A DNA stretch of 63,260 bases, filler included, from Atractiella rhizophila (taxonomy: Eukaryota), in NCBI GenBank assembly GCA_021432655.1. It is 5 parts of 4 records of this genome, joined end to end, with 100 filler letters (N's around TTAATTAATTAA, not from the genome) between each part and the next. Parts side by side here need not be neighbours in the genome. Positions count along the whole stretch, not along the records: positions 1 to 30,020 come from MU271714.1; 4 more parts are not named here. One strand, given 5' to 3'. The translations under genes were made by a program, and so were the position numbers. This document shows, piece by piece, positions 1-12,850 of the stretch; position 1 is the stretch's first letter; every line of letters starts with the position of its first letter. The notes under the pieces were generated by a model, which was given only the letters and a program-made list of their open reading frames with translations, did not search any database and was not told where the DNA came from.

Positions 1-856
1 TGTTGAACAATCTCAGCCTGTACGTTCTCGCTCTCCAATCCAGTGAAAGCTTTTACGACGAATTTACAGAATCCAGCACACTACGTTCTGTCTTACCTTC
101 TCCATACACGACATCTCTCGGCGTTGATAACTCAAAATGTGGACTCACTTCACCACCGATCTCTTCCCACGTCCTCTCCATCACATTCGTCCATTATCGA
201 GCTCCACGGCACACTCGCAGACATTCATTGCACATCTGAGCAATGTCGGACAGTGTACAAGCGCTCTTGGTTCACAAGCGAAGTGGAGCGCCTCAATCCT
301 ATGTGGGTGGCTTTAGCTGCAGAGATTAGAGAGAAAGGAGAAAAGATTCGGCTAAATCCTGACGGTTTGTCTTCTAGTCTTCTGTTTTACACCCACATGA
401 CGCATCTATTATTTGAGTGTAGGAGATGTGGACCTAGGTCCTATAAACTACAACTCTTTCAACGTCCCTCCCTGCCCGTCTTGCGGTACGGGAATCCTAA
501 AACCGTCCCTAATCTTCTTCGGCGAATCTCTCCCCCAATCCGTCCGCGACGCCGCCCACAACTCCATCTCCTCTTCCTCTCACCTTCTCGTAATAGGCAC
601 AAGTCTCGCAACCTATAGCAGTTATCGACTCTTCCGGCAAGCACTTGACGAAGGAAAGAAGGTCGGTATTTTGAACGTGGGAGAGACGAGGGCGGATAGG
701 GAGGTGGGTGAGGGGAAGGCGTGGAAGGTTGAAGAAGGTGCGACGGAGGTCTTGAGGGAGGTGGGGAGACTGCTGGGGAAGGAAAACGGAAAGGCAGCAG
801 AGCTGTTGCGAATGGGAACGGTGAGGAAGGTGAAAGGAGCAGGATATGCCAGTTAG
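1..856 (+). CDS. Sirtuin (SIR2 family, class II/SIRT4-like), 5' partial
   Basis: Motifs QP|NPAH, LITQNVDSLH, IIELHG, CxxxxC, NPDG|DV, CPSCG-ILKP-FFGE, LVIGTSL and LNVGETRAD. GT-AG introns at about 21-69 and 365-422. Confidence 0.9.
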
Positions 857-983
857 GAGCCCATCCATTGATGGACCCCAGAGAGCTTCCACTCATGCTG
901 GACAGTCTATCCAGATAGCACGTCTTATCCTTGCACTTCATTCATAGATACTTCTCATTTTGTTAGAATCTATTCATGGCACA

Positions 984-1905
984 TTATGACCTGACACTTG
1001 TTAAATGTTGTTCGGCGTCATGTTGATAATTCGTTTCGTCCTCGAGGTGCTCCAAAAATGATTGCAGCACAAACCCAGTCAAATAACCTTTCAGGCCAAT
1101 CACCCTTGTCACACCCAACTTATCCCCTTGTACTGCAGAAGCTTCAACAACTAATGTACTCGCGATCAGATCCACTGTCCCGCCGTGTTGTTCGAGAAGT
1201 TGCTCCATTGTGGTGCTGACCACCTGTTGAAAGGGTTGGCACAATCGGACGTATGTCAAGTCAGACTTCCGAAGTGTTGGATTGTAGCCCGAGGCCGAAT
1301 TTAACCATCCATCACCAGTCCAGCTCATTCTTATATCGAAGCTCTGATCTTGGATCAGTTTGAACCTGTCATTTCCGTTAACCAGTTTTTTGTGGCTTGG
1401 GGATGATATTTACTTACACGCATCTAACGTTTGAGAATCTGTAAATTCGCTGACGAGGTAGGACACCGAGGCTCCTCAAATTTAGGGCTAGATCTGTGAT
1501 GTCGGCAGGGGAGCGAGGAGATCCAGCCAATGCAAGAACGTGTGGTTTAGACAAAATGCTCGAGTTAGCTGCCTGCAACTTCCCCACTTCCTCTTGGAGC
1601 AGTTGCGTGAAGCGGTCTAGGTCAAGAAATGCGGCATCCTTCATGAGATTTTTCAGAGCTGTATCCTTTGACATTGTCGATGGGATGGCGGTATCGGCAA
1701 TCGGAAAGACGTCGTATCCAGAGAGATAGTCTATGACAATCTTGAATAGTTGTGGATGCGCATCGATCCTGACACTGCGAGAGTTCGCTTCTTCGAATTC
1801 GCCAAAGAAGGCGCGCGTGAAGAAATTGGGCGAGTCAAACATGATTTGCGTTTTGCTGAGAGTAAATTCCGACTCTCGCACAAATATTTGAAAGACAGTC
1901 GTCAT
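984..1905 (-). CDS. Fungal BTB/POZ domain protein
   Basis: FQIFVRESEFTLSKTQIMFDSPNFFTRAFFGEFEEA..DAHPQLFKIVIDYLSGY..LMKDAAFL is a typical BTB core. Spliced to downstream exons (ORF 984-1328). Confidence 0.8.
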
Positions 1906-2099
1906 TATGCTCAGTAATTGGACCTTGTTATCCTTGGTGTGAACTAGGCAGACATTCTGTTTACTTTCTCGAGATGAGTCCTAGTATGAGTCATTAGTTG
2001 ATCTGACTGAATATGACGAGCATAACCAGATGTGGTTATAATGCCTGAAAACCAGTGGTAAAACACAAACTGGTTACGAAAAGCTCGATGAGCCTGAGC

Positions 2100-2900
2100 C
2101 CCTAGAGGCTATGCCCTGAAACGAGTAGCCCGCTTGACTGATGCCACATCCCACTCCACGTCGCCAGGTGCAGGTAATGTATACGAATTTGCCATTTCCG
2201 CCTGAAAGTATTGCCAAGAAGCCTGTTGCTTGTTATATTAACATCAGGGTCAACTGCAACCACCAGGGGAGTGATGGCAAAGAATGTCATTCCTTTCGCT
2301 TTAACCTCCTGTCGCTTAAAACATCCATGCTTCGTCGTATAGATATTATGTTTAATCTGGACGCTGATTCTATCCACGTTGTCGAATGATGTCAAACGTT
2401 AAGTTTCCCCCATCCAAGACCAGCCCAACCAATTTCGACAGAAAGTGTCTTCATGAACTTCTCCTTCATGCTTTACACTGCAGAAACGGTGCATAAATGA
2501 GATCATTCTTCTGAAATCTCAAGGAGCCTCACCTTAGACAGACGTTAGCGAATTAAATACTCTAGATCCTGCGATAAGAAAGGTACTTCCACGATGTGTG
2601 ATACTATTGGAGGATTAGGAGTACCTGCAACCAAGGGAGTGACATCATTGGCAGAAAAGGAATCAGAGATTCAAAAGCAGTTGGTACCATGGCGCCGAAC
2701 TGCCTCAGATCGAGAAATGTCGCATTCACCAAAAGGCTCTTTAAGCTGTTTTCCTCGTCGTAGACGCTTTGGCATCTCTTAAGAAGGATTGACTCGCAGA
2801 AATTCGGCGAGTCTAGCAGGACCTGACTTTCAGTCAATACGAAGTCCTTTTTCTTTCAACCAGAACTTGGAATGGTGTTGGTTCCACGTGAATCCGAACC
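2100..2900 (-). pseudogene. Degraded BTB/POZ paralogue
   Basis: FQVLVE..FVLTESQVLLDSPNF..SLKSLLVNATFLDL matches the neighbouring BTB genes, but the middle of the core is missing and the frame is broken. Confidence 0.6.
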
Positions 2901-3209
2901 TGATTGCCTCGTATACTTACGCTTGATTTTGGTCCAACTATCGTTTGGCTAAAGCTTGACTACTTGCGGATGTTCGCGCCGTGGTAACTTAGGATCATTT
3001 CTTTCGCGTAAACAGATATTGTTCCTGTGACTATTGTCACGATTTAGAAGACAGACGATACTGACTCCGATGAACTGATACCAACCCGACTGACCAAACT
3101 CAACGAACATCGCAAATAGAGCTTCATAGCTTGCCAGAGGATACAACCGCAATATCTGGGAATGGTCGAGTGCTCGGAGCAAACTCACAAAGAGTAGTCT
3201 GATGGTGGT

Positions 3210-5139
3210 TTATATCGTAAGGTAAAAAGGAACTGTTAAGGGATCCAACAACTTCCAAATAAAAGGCATCCCTTGGCTCAAACCATTCTCATCGAAAGCA
3301 CGCGCACGCACAACTTTACTAAACGCCAACATTTCGTCCTCGAAATTAGTTGCAGCCTTCCTCGTTGCATCGTTGGAGCGCTCCAACAGTGTAGGATCGC
3401 TAAACATCTGGCTAAGGGTTCGATTGCCTCCTTCGAAGAAAGGGCGGTTGAAAGCACCAAACAGAACAATTTGTCCGAGTGATTGAGTGAGGTTGGGCAT
3501 GAAGGAGAACATTTCGGAGTCAGATAGCCCTTTAGTGATCGGCAGAGGTTGATAAAATGCTGCCGGATGAAGCGGGAGGGTGGCAGTGGTTATCACGGGG
3601 TCACCACCATTCATGACGCCGTGAAGGATGGAGACAAGATATCCGAAGTGAGTGAGGAGATCTACAAGTTCAGAGCGAGAGGAGAGCGAAGTGGGGAAGT
3701 CGACAATCTTGGCTGGCACTGACTCTGCAAGAAAGCTCTGAAGTTCTCCGTCGGAAGAGAGGAGGGATTCGTCGGTATAATACGATTCTACGAACTGTTG
3801 CACAAAGCTTTTGATGGCTGAATAGATGACAGACGCGTCCTCATAGAAAGGAAAGGATTTGAGTTCTGGCCCAATTGGGCTGTTGATCAGTCCACGGTTT
3901 TCAAGGTGGGTAGAAAAATAGTTTGATATCCATGGAGCCGCCCCTTCGTCATAAAGTTTGGTTGCAAAGGCCTCGGCTGTTGAACCGCTCCACGCAAAGT
4001 AAGAATCAACGGGTCCGCCAACGTTAAGAAGAGACTTCAACGCGACAATGGGAAATACGAAGGCTTGGTATGCAACTGTCGTCACATTGTTAGAGTTCAA
4101 TATAGGTAAAGGAAGGAAATGAAAACGCACGCCGGGTCATGAGAGCATGTACAGGGTGGTCGATGCTCAGAGTCCTTACAGCAGCCTCATAAACTAGGTC
4201 GACAACCTCATGCGTGGCTACGAAATGATACCTGCGCATTGTCAGTATTGGAGAGATGGTTACCAAATCAGAGGACTCGCCATTGAACCCACCAGAAATC
4301 GTTAAGTTCAAATAACATTTTTGCCAGCTGCCAGTCATTTGCTGGGTCCGCGGGTGTATATATGAGAGGACTACCGTTGTTGGGGCGGATTGCTAGGGGC
4401 AGAAAATCACCGGACTTGGGATGGATGTAGAAGAAGGCATCGCAGGCACCAGCGTAACGTCCTGTGGTGAGAATGAAATCGGCTTGATTTCTGTAATCGA
4501 CATAGAAAAGTCTCCCAGCTTTTTGAAGTTGAGTCTGAGTTTGCGTCGTCAGTTTCCTAGACGTCTTGTCGTCGACCTTGAAATTGAGCGGGTCCGATTT
4601 TTTGACCCGTCGTATACTGTAAGGCTGCGCAGAGAGGCGTTCCATAGAGAATAGAAGGTCTGATGTGTAGTTAGTCAGCATCCCAGGGGCAACACCATGT
4701 GGGATCGTCGTGTTCCACAGCGAGTCATAAAGCTTCGTAGCATAGTCATTGTAGTTTGTCAATCCCCCTTCCTACCAAGAAAACACTCTTAGTTTCGCTG
4801 TAAAGGAAGCAGTGCGTCTAAACGAACCAAGGTGATAGCAACTGCAGCGGTCTGCGCCTCTGCTTGGACCCCTTGAGTCCATGCTGTATGTTCAGGAAAG
4901 AAAGCATTCGACCAATTCGCGATCAACTCGTCGGCATATGGACCAACTGGAAAAAAGGGTCCACCTCCGTTATCAACGATATTTGGACCATAATTGAAGT
5001 TCTCCCGGATGGCGGCAATAGCTTCCGCTCGAGCAGTTGTGTCGAAATCACCGATTGGGAGAGAATATGGGGTGACTTGAGCAACAGCAATTCGAAGTGA
5101 AATAGCAGCGATGACAGCGGAGGATAGTCGAGCGGACAT
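3210..5139 (-). CDS. Secreted fungal lipoxygenase
   Basis: Hydrophobic signal-like N-terminus (MSARLSSAVIAAISLRIAVAQ), GRLFYVDY, FLPLAIR, DWQLAKM, spliced WYHFVATHE, HGVMN and C-terminal PFYLTI. At least 3 introns. Confidence 0.92.
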
Positions 5140-5624
5140 GATCGCAGAGAACGCAGACACAAGGAGTGCGATCGATTTGAAAGGATTGGCTGGCCTTTTA
5201 TGGATGCCCAGTGTGTTCGGATAAATTGTTCCTTCTTCATTTCGTCAATGCCAACGCCAATCACCGCTGGGCAACAAGAATTGCAATCCCATCGAACAGA
5301 ATGTGTTTCTTGTCCAGTCCCTTCTCCCATGTATGGGCATGTTCACTTAAACGTCCTCTCCATGCGATCGTCTCCTAGTTTTGTGGTCATGTCGGGGGTA
5401 TCGGGTACCGAACGAAGGCTTGGAAAGGCATGCGGTCCGGTTCTGCAGCGGCATAGGGGAGCACCATCTGCATCATAGTGGCTGTAGAGGGCAGAGTTGT
5501 TTGGGATCTGATTTTCCTTCAGCGGGGTGCAAACGAATGGCCGCGATAGAGCTTTGAACTTGCGATCTGCAAAGTTGATAACGGAGAAGGGGGCACAACA
5601 AATGAATTCACAGTATCAAGTCTT

Positions 5625-6528
5625 CTAAGGCAGCTTGAGCTGTTCGCTCCTCATCCAAAGACGGGCTATCTCACTATTATAATACCCCTGCAATCCTCTC
5701 AGTAAGAATATTGGCCGTCCTTCTGCATGGTACGTGAGAAACAGAGCCTCCGTGGCGAAGATGGTGATGTCTTCGTCACGCAGATGTCGAAAAAGAGCAG
5801 TGAGATTCCTGAGAGGTAGTTCGGTTCCGTCAGGATTGAACAGCTGGAGCGGAACCTGACAAGCCTCAATCTCACTTTGAATCCAATTTGTGCCCATCCT
5901 GTCTATCTCACTGCTGCAACGAAAATAAAAGGGGGTGGGCATCTTGGGGTCCCATCTCAACCTGCAATCAAGATCCGATTGTTATTGGAGCAGAAGACAG
6001 CTAGAAGACATACCAAATTTCAACATTGAAAACTCGAGACAAAGTGCCTTTCTTATTGGATTTTAGGACAGGCTGGATGATCAGTTTGGTTGAAATTTGT
6101 GACTCCTTGACCAATGTTTTAGTCCAGCCAGCACTTAGTCCATTGAGATAAGCTTGAATATCCTCCAGCGTCGTTGGTAGGACGAATTTTCGAAATTCGT
6201 TGATACGCTTCTCCAGAACAGTCAATCCTAAATATTCGGCATCCTTTTTCAAATTTTTCAAGACCGTTTCTCGCCCCATGGTTGGCGGAATCATTGTGTC
6301 AGGAATGGGAAGGATCTCATATCCAGAAAGATAGTCGACGATCAATTCAAAGAGTTTGGGGTGGACTTCCGGATAGATGGTGCGGCTTTGCCCTTCCTGA
6401 AAACCCTCGAGAAAGGCGGAAGTAAAGTAGTTAGGGGAATCGAATTCGATTTGCGCTTGACTGAGCGTGAACAACTGTCCTCGAATGTAGACTTTGTACA
6501 TAGGAGGCTGGCTGGATTTATCTGCCAT
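5625..6528 (-). CDS. Fungal BTB/POZ domain protein
   Basis: YKVYIRGQLFTLSQAQIEFDSPNYFTSAF..HPKLFELIVDYLSGY..LKKDAEYLGL. Second exon ORF 5625-5960. Confidence 0.82.
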
Positions 6529-7006
6529 TCCGCCGGCAAAGAGTTGGTGCTACCACAATGTACGTTAGGAACGTCTGTTTCTTCTTGTGCACGAAGTACA
6601 TTAGGAAATCAATGGCCGCAAAAGCAGTTTGTCTGAAAGGGAAATCAATTCAGCGATGCTGCAGCTTGACGAAATTCAAGATCAGCCAACGCTCGTCGCT
6701 GTGCAGTGGTTATGCAGGCATATATAACCGACACCTAGATATAACGCCGTAGCACTGCAAAAAGGTATCATAGTGGGTACACAATCTCGCATTCCCAGTA
6801 TCAAGGACTGAACTCTCACATTTAGCGTGCCAAAGATCTTTGTGATTCACCCAACACTCCTTCTAAATCTCTCTTACAATATCTCTCTTCCAATAAAATC
6901 CGTCCTTTGCCTAACTGCCTAACTTGTTTTGATTTCAGTTGGTGGACGCAAACTAAACCAAACACATTAGCAAACAAACCCAAACCGAAACAACGGCAAG
7001 TTCAAT

Positions 7007-7887
7007 ATGACAGTGCGAGTTCTTTTGTGCTCTACAGGAAGCGTAGCATCGATCAAACTGCCTCTCATTGTCGCCGAACTGCTCAAGGTATGAGGGGTAT
7101 CCATCCCGGATAATGGGCCTGAAGCTGCATATGGGCAGTATGACGGTGTCGAAATTGAGGTCATATCAACCTCTGCCTCTCTGGCCTTCTACGATTTCAG
7201 TAGTGTAGAGAAAAATGTATATGTAACCTCTAGGGGCAAAGAAGAGAAAGTGAAGGTGTGGAAAGACGAGGATGAGTGGCGTGTTTGTCCTTTTCATCTT
7301 CCTTCTTGCTTAGCTAATAATCTGACCCCATAGAAATGGACAAAAGTCGGTGATCCAATCGCTCACATCGAAGTTCGTTTTCTCTCGTCCGAGGCCCAGT
7401 GATCTAACTGATGCTCCATGGGCGATAAAAAGCTTCGACGGTGGGCTGACATAGTCCTCGTCGCACCATGTTCAGCCAACACTTTGGCGAAGATTGCAAA
7501 TGGGATCTGTGACAATTTACTGGTCCACTCTTCCCACTTTCACTTTCGGAGAAATGCATTGACCCAGAGAGTAGACTTCGCTCCTGAGAGCTTTGACGAA
7601 AGAAACTCCAACTTATATATTCCCTGCGATGAATACGCACATGTATGAGCATCCTTTGACCGCGAAACAGATGAAGATCGTTCGAGAGGAAATTGGTTAC
7701 AACATTGTAGGGCCTATCAGTAAAGGGTTGGCCTGTGGAGATCAGGGTGTGTTTTCCTTCAGGCATTGTTAGGAAGCGACTGATAAAAGCTCAAGGGCTG
7801 GGAGCCATGACTGAGTGGAAGGACATTGTTCAACTCGTGGTGGACAAGTTTTCCTTGAAGCTTAAAGTGCAGGATGATGTGGCTTGA
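7007..7887 (+). CDS. PPCDC: Phosphopantothenoylcysteine decarboxylase (HAL3/CAB3-like flavoprotein)
   Basis: Spliced MTVRVLLCSTGSVASIK..DEDEW..HIE|LRRWADIVLVAPCSANTLAKIANGICDNLL..PAMNTHMYEHP..LACGDQG..AMTEW. Confidence 0.9.
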
Positions 7888-8001
7888 ATGTGCTAGACCT
7901 GGATATTTGTTCATTGTACGACTTCTACACTTCATTTGTATTATTACATTCAACATTCACAAATAATATCCTCAAGCCCCGATCGCCTCCCCTTTCACAG
8001 T

Positions 8002-10622
8002 TTATTCCTCTTCTTCATCCCACTCTTCCATCTCCTCAAGCACCTTCTCGCTCTCCTTCTTCAGCTCATCCAACCCCGTCAACTTCTCCAAATACTCATT
8101 TTCTCCGAATGCCTTCTCAAGCATCTCCCATCCTTTCTCTTCGTACGCCTTTAACACCTATTCCTCTGAAACATCAGGACAACCATGCTTGCAGGAATAA
8201 GACCGAGGAACGTACATAATCTGAGCAGGCGGTACATCGGTCATAAGCCCTCCCAGTGATCTTGAGGTTATTGAACTGAGCCAAGTAGCCCCTAATCTGA
8301 TGCGGCACCTCTCCCAGTACGCTCTCCGTCATACTCTTCTTCTCTTCTCCCGGATAAACAATCTCGCTCTGGGCATACGGACCATCTGCGTGCTGGAGCG
8401 TCGAAACCATGAGCTCGACGGCAGTAGCACTAGCGATAGCTGCGAGTCCAGGACGAGTGACGGTGCACATTTGATCCAATGTACGATCAGATAGTGACTT
8501 GATTATCATGGGCAATCATAAGCAATAATAAATGGTAGGAATAGGTGGGAACGAACATCAGCTGGGGCGACAACGTCGTTACAAAAGTAACAACCGAGCG
8601 GTTTCTCGTCTGGGACTGAAGGACGTGCGCGCATACCATGGCGGCCAACGACGTAGGAATCGAACCCTAGTGCAGCGTTCATCACGAGCTACCTTTCGTC
8701 AGTCCTGCTTGTCAATCACGTCTACAAAAGTGCGGACCTTCCCCTTCAGTTTTCCCATCATAGTCGGCAACCAACGGGATTCGCGCGAGTCCATCAATAG
8801 GTAGATGACGTCGTGTGCATCAAACAGTCGTTCTAGCTCAGCAACATCCTCCTTGGTCTGCTCGATCAAAGCCGTAGGTACAGGATGTCCCGGCATTGGA
8901 ATTGACAATGACACTCCAGTAGCGTCCTTCTGTTGTGTTAGCGAGAAGAAGTAAAATAATAGAGGGAGGAACTCACAACGTTGGGATAGATCTTCTTCAG
9001 TGCAGCTGCTGCACATTCAGCCTTTGGTTTGCCACCATCGAGGCAATCCGAGAATTCGAAGAGAGGTTGGCGGACGGGATTGGAGAATGAGACTTTGGCA
9101 GAATCAAGGAGCGTGATTTTTCTGACTCCCCAAGCCTTCTCCAACATCAGAACCACCATATGATCAACGAGAGAAGTTCCAAACCATCAGAGTTCTGGAG
9201 ACATAACAGCCGAGGGTGCCCGCACCAAGGAGCAAGCATTTCGTGTCCTTCACCTTGTCCAAATCAAGGCTAGGGAGGATCCTCCACCTCATCAGCTTCA
9301 AATTCAAATCCACCGCCTGATCCGCCAACCTGGAAGGATCCATAAGAGGTCCAAGATCAGCTACTTTGGGTATCATCTTTCCCTGTGCGTTCTTCTCCCA
9401 TCCCACCGCACTCGGTCGTCCTTCCACCTTCTCCGTGATTGGAAGAATGATGGTGCATTTTCGCGAGCGCACTGTCTGAATGGGACCTTGGAGTGGATCG
9501 CGGAGGGCGTAAACGGTGATTTGTTGAGAGACGAGCGTGGGATAGTGGTGAGCGAGGAAAGTAAGTAGGTTACGGAGTGGCCATCCGGGAGAGGAGGAGG
9601 TTGAAGGATCGAGGAAGGCGATCGTTAGTGGTTGAACAGGAGGTGAGGATGCGAGAGAAAGGATGGAGGAGACTTCGAATATCGTCGAATCGGACATCGA
9701 AGGAGTCAACAACCAAAACGGTGTCGGACTAGTTGAATTACTGGAGAAGGATATATAGGAATCTCGTAGTACAGTCGCCTAAAGGCTTATTGAGGTGAGA
9801 GATAAGGGAGGAATTTAACTGACCTCTGTCTGACTGAGAATTGAGAACTCTCCGTCGATCTCCCATGGTGGTTTTGCCAGGAAGGCAGGAAACGCGAACC
9901 AGTAGAAGTACCTGTATTTCTTCAAGTCGGCGAAGGTGATGAGGAAGAAGCTGACAAGTTTCCGGAGGGATTCTTCAGTTGGAGTGGTAGCGGTCAAGTC
10001 TGTCCATAACTTCCCCCGAACATAAGACAAATCAGAGCATAAAGAAACAAGCTACCTACTTGTTGGCTATGTTCATCGAATAATGCGCTTTTGTTCGAAC
10101 TCTTGAACTCTTCAATCGTATTGAAGTTCTTTGCAGTTCCTTCCACCACGATCTGTTCCCTGTTGGACGTTGCCTCCCTGAGAGAAGGTTCGTCAGCTCC
10201 TGGATAATAGCAGTTCCATGACATGACTTGTATGGTCGACTGAACACAGACTATCATACAGATGATCAGAGATAAATCTTGTCAATTCAACGACGACTTC
10301 CAACAAGAAAGTAACTGATACTGTTTCAGCAAGCAATGCACAACCCGTCCACAGCGAATCGATATAGTTAGAACAGGACTCACGTAGCTGAATCGTCTGC
10401 TCCTGCAATCTTTTCTAAATTGAAAGTACTGGCCATGCCTATATCCCCTCCCGTTTGCCTATCATGCACAAATGTGCCTCTCGAGTAAGATCCAATGACT
10501 GAGAAAGTTGCATCGGAAAGCTTGAGATGGTCGATCTTGTACTTCGTGAGGGAATGCCAGAAAGTGGGGGGGACTGAAGAAGCGAAGGGGTCAAATGTGA
10601 GAATCTGCCGTTTGTTGCTCAT
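8002..10622 (-). CDS. ATG7: Autophagy E1-like activating enzyme Atg7
   Basis: [96 protein letters not shown] and acidic end EEWDEEEE*. Multi-exon. Confidence 0.97.
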
Positions 10623-11034
10623 GATAAGGCTGATAGTAATATAGTACGTATGTCTCACGTTGAATCGCGTATTGGCGATTGCTCAGACTCTTCGAGACTG
10701 ACTCGAATGTGTGGCGAGAAGAAAGCTTTGATACAGACAGTTGACCAAATGTTGGGTTTGTCAGGTGTCAGGTGCGACTAGTGTCTTCAGAACTCTCACC
10801 TCAGGACACCAGGTGAGCACTTCAATACGGAGCCTTTAGCTCTCTTCCGAAAGAGTTCTACTTGGGGCTGAAATTTGTGATGGATAGGTTCCCTTGACGC
10901 TCAGAACACAAACACAATGACGACGACGATCAGATTTGAAAATGTTTTGCGTTCACTTGAATTCCTCCTATCACAAAAATTCTTTACTATCTATTCTAAC
11001 AATTTCTATCCAATTTATCCAATTATGCGTCGAA

Positions 11035-12770
11035 CTAGACCCTCTCGCGTCGTCTCCTCCAATTGTCCTTCTTGATGAAACCATCACCATCAAACCCGAT
11101 CGCTATCAAACCCAACCAACCACAGAACGCCACGGCCATGCGAACCTCTTCTACCTTGACAAACGCCCATTCCACATCGATCTTCTTGCCCTTGCATGTA
11201 ATGCGCATGAGAAGGTTCGCTTTATATCAGTCAGGTGAATGTAATCTGTCTTGTAGTACTGGGTGTACCTCAAGACTTGAGGCATGATGTATTTAAGATT
11301 ATCTGTCGTTGGGATGATCTCATCCCAAAATCCGGCTTGCGGGTTGAGATTACTATTGCTAGGCATCATCCTAGTCAATTTGTGCATATCTTTCTTCCTC
11401 AAGGATCCATATTTCTGTCTTAAAATGTCAGCTTGTGCATCAAAACGGCTAAAGATTTCTTTCTTTGATTTCCTGTAGGATTCTTCTTTTTCACCTGTGG
11501 TTTTGTTTCCCCCGATAATTCCACCACACGGAAAAGATGTATTAAATTGCTTGGGTAGAACATATTTTTATGAACGTCAAGGAAGAGGGCACCTGAACTG
11601 CCATAATTATCTTGTCCTGATCCCGCTGTAATTTCTGCCTTCGCGGACAACGTAGATACCCCCTGGAACAGCATTGCCTACTACATTGACTGTGGTATCA
11701 CCAGGGATACTTTGCCTAACTTCTGAAAAACAGTGGACCGTAGAACAGTCTACATCTCTGCCTGGTATCTTACGTTGTGTCAGTCCAACAAGTGCGTCCG
11801 AAGCAAGTGTAACCGGAGTATTGCAGTCTTTTTCGATCTGCCCCCTTCGCAGTCTTTAATATTGTTCACATCGAAAACGGAAACTCTTACGTCGGCTTCG
11901 TTTCTCCCTTCATCGAAACAGGGATGTCCAGTGCACAGTGGCACCTGCGGACTGTTGGCCTTTTTTGACCTTTTTCTTAAAAATCCGCATATGTAGATGT
12001 GGTTGAGTTCGAGTTCCTCTTGCCCTCAACGTACTTCTCAACGAACTTCCACCATTCTACCTCTTTGAATTTGACATTTTCGCACTTTAGTGATTGCTGC
12101 GCTTCTGCCTTCGTCCCTCTTGGATGAGTAAGATTTTATGGTCGAATCATCCTCAGCTCCAGCGATTGGCGTGAGTCCGGTCGAAAGCGTTTCGAGGATA
12201 GTTTGAGTTATTGTCGGAGGGGGTGTAAATCAATACCGTGGGACGTCGGTTAGTTTGGTGAATCGTGGGAAGACCACACAAAGTTGCCTTCAGTTGTGGT
12301 GGTGGATGTGGTCGACATCTTCGATGAGTAAAGCAGCTTTGGATGGGGTATGGATGTCTTGCAAAGCAACCCGTCGTTTACAATATTGCTGCATGTCCTT
12401 CGGGCCTGTTGTCATTCTTCACGCTACCTTGTCTCAGGCTGCCCTGCTCGCATGTTGCCCTTGTCCGCTTCACAACCTTTCGATTTACCCCCTTTATTTT
12501 TTCAGCTTCCTTTCACCTGAACTGCCAGTCCACAAGGCATGGCGTCGTTATCTCGACAACAAGCGCCTCCAACAAACTTTCCTCTTTCTTTCCTTGTGGA
12601 GACCTTATATCTTCTTCTCGAACAAGGTCGTGAACAACCTTTCCGTATTCTAGAAATGTCACGTCTTCCATGTAGCTGGATAGCAACTAACACTTGCCTT
12701 CTTTGTTCCATAACATAACCAGACTCGGAACATAAGAACCAAAGCACTTTATGTTCGTACATCACTGAAC
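11035..12770 (-). pseudogene. PD-(D/E)xK-type nuclease-like pseudogene, unit 1
   Basis: Reconstructed across frames: ILQEIK|KYGSLRKKDM..KYIMPQVLRYTQYY..YIHLTD..VEWAFVKVEEVRMAVAFCGWLGL. Contains frameshifts. Clear DNA paralogue of 19628-21300. 5' limit approximate. Confidence 0.65.
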
Positions 12771-12850
12771 CACGAAACTTTCCATTGCATGGTCTTTGGG
12801 CAACATCGACCGCAAGGTTAATCTGTTGACAGCTGCTACAGGATCAAAGG

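Noticed and set aside
12255..12653. Plus-strand ORFs here and at 20896-21261
   Set aside because: Antisense to the decayed 5' part of the nuclease pseudogenes. The two translations are not conserved with each other.
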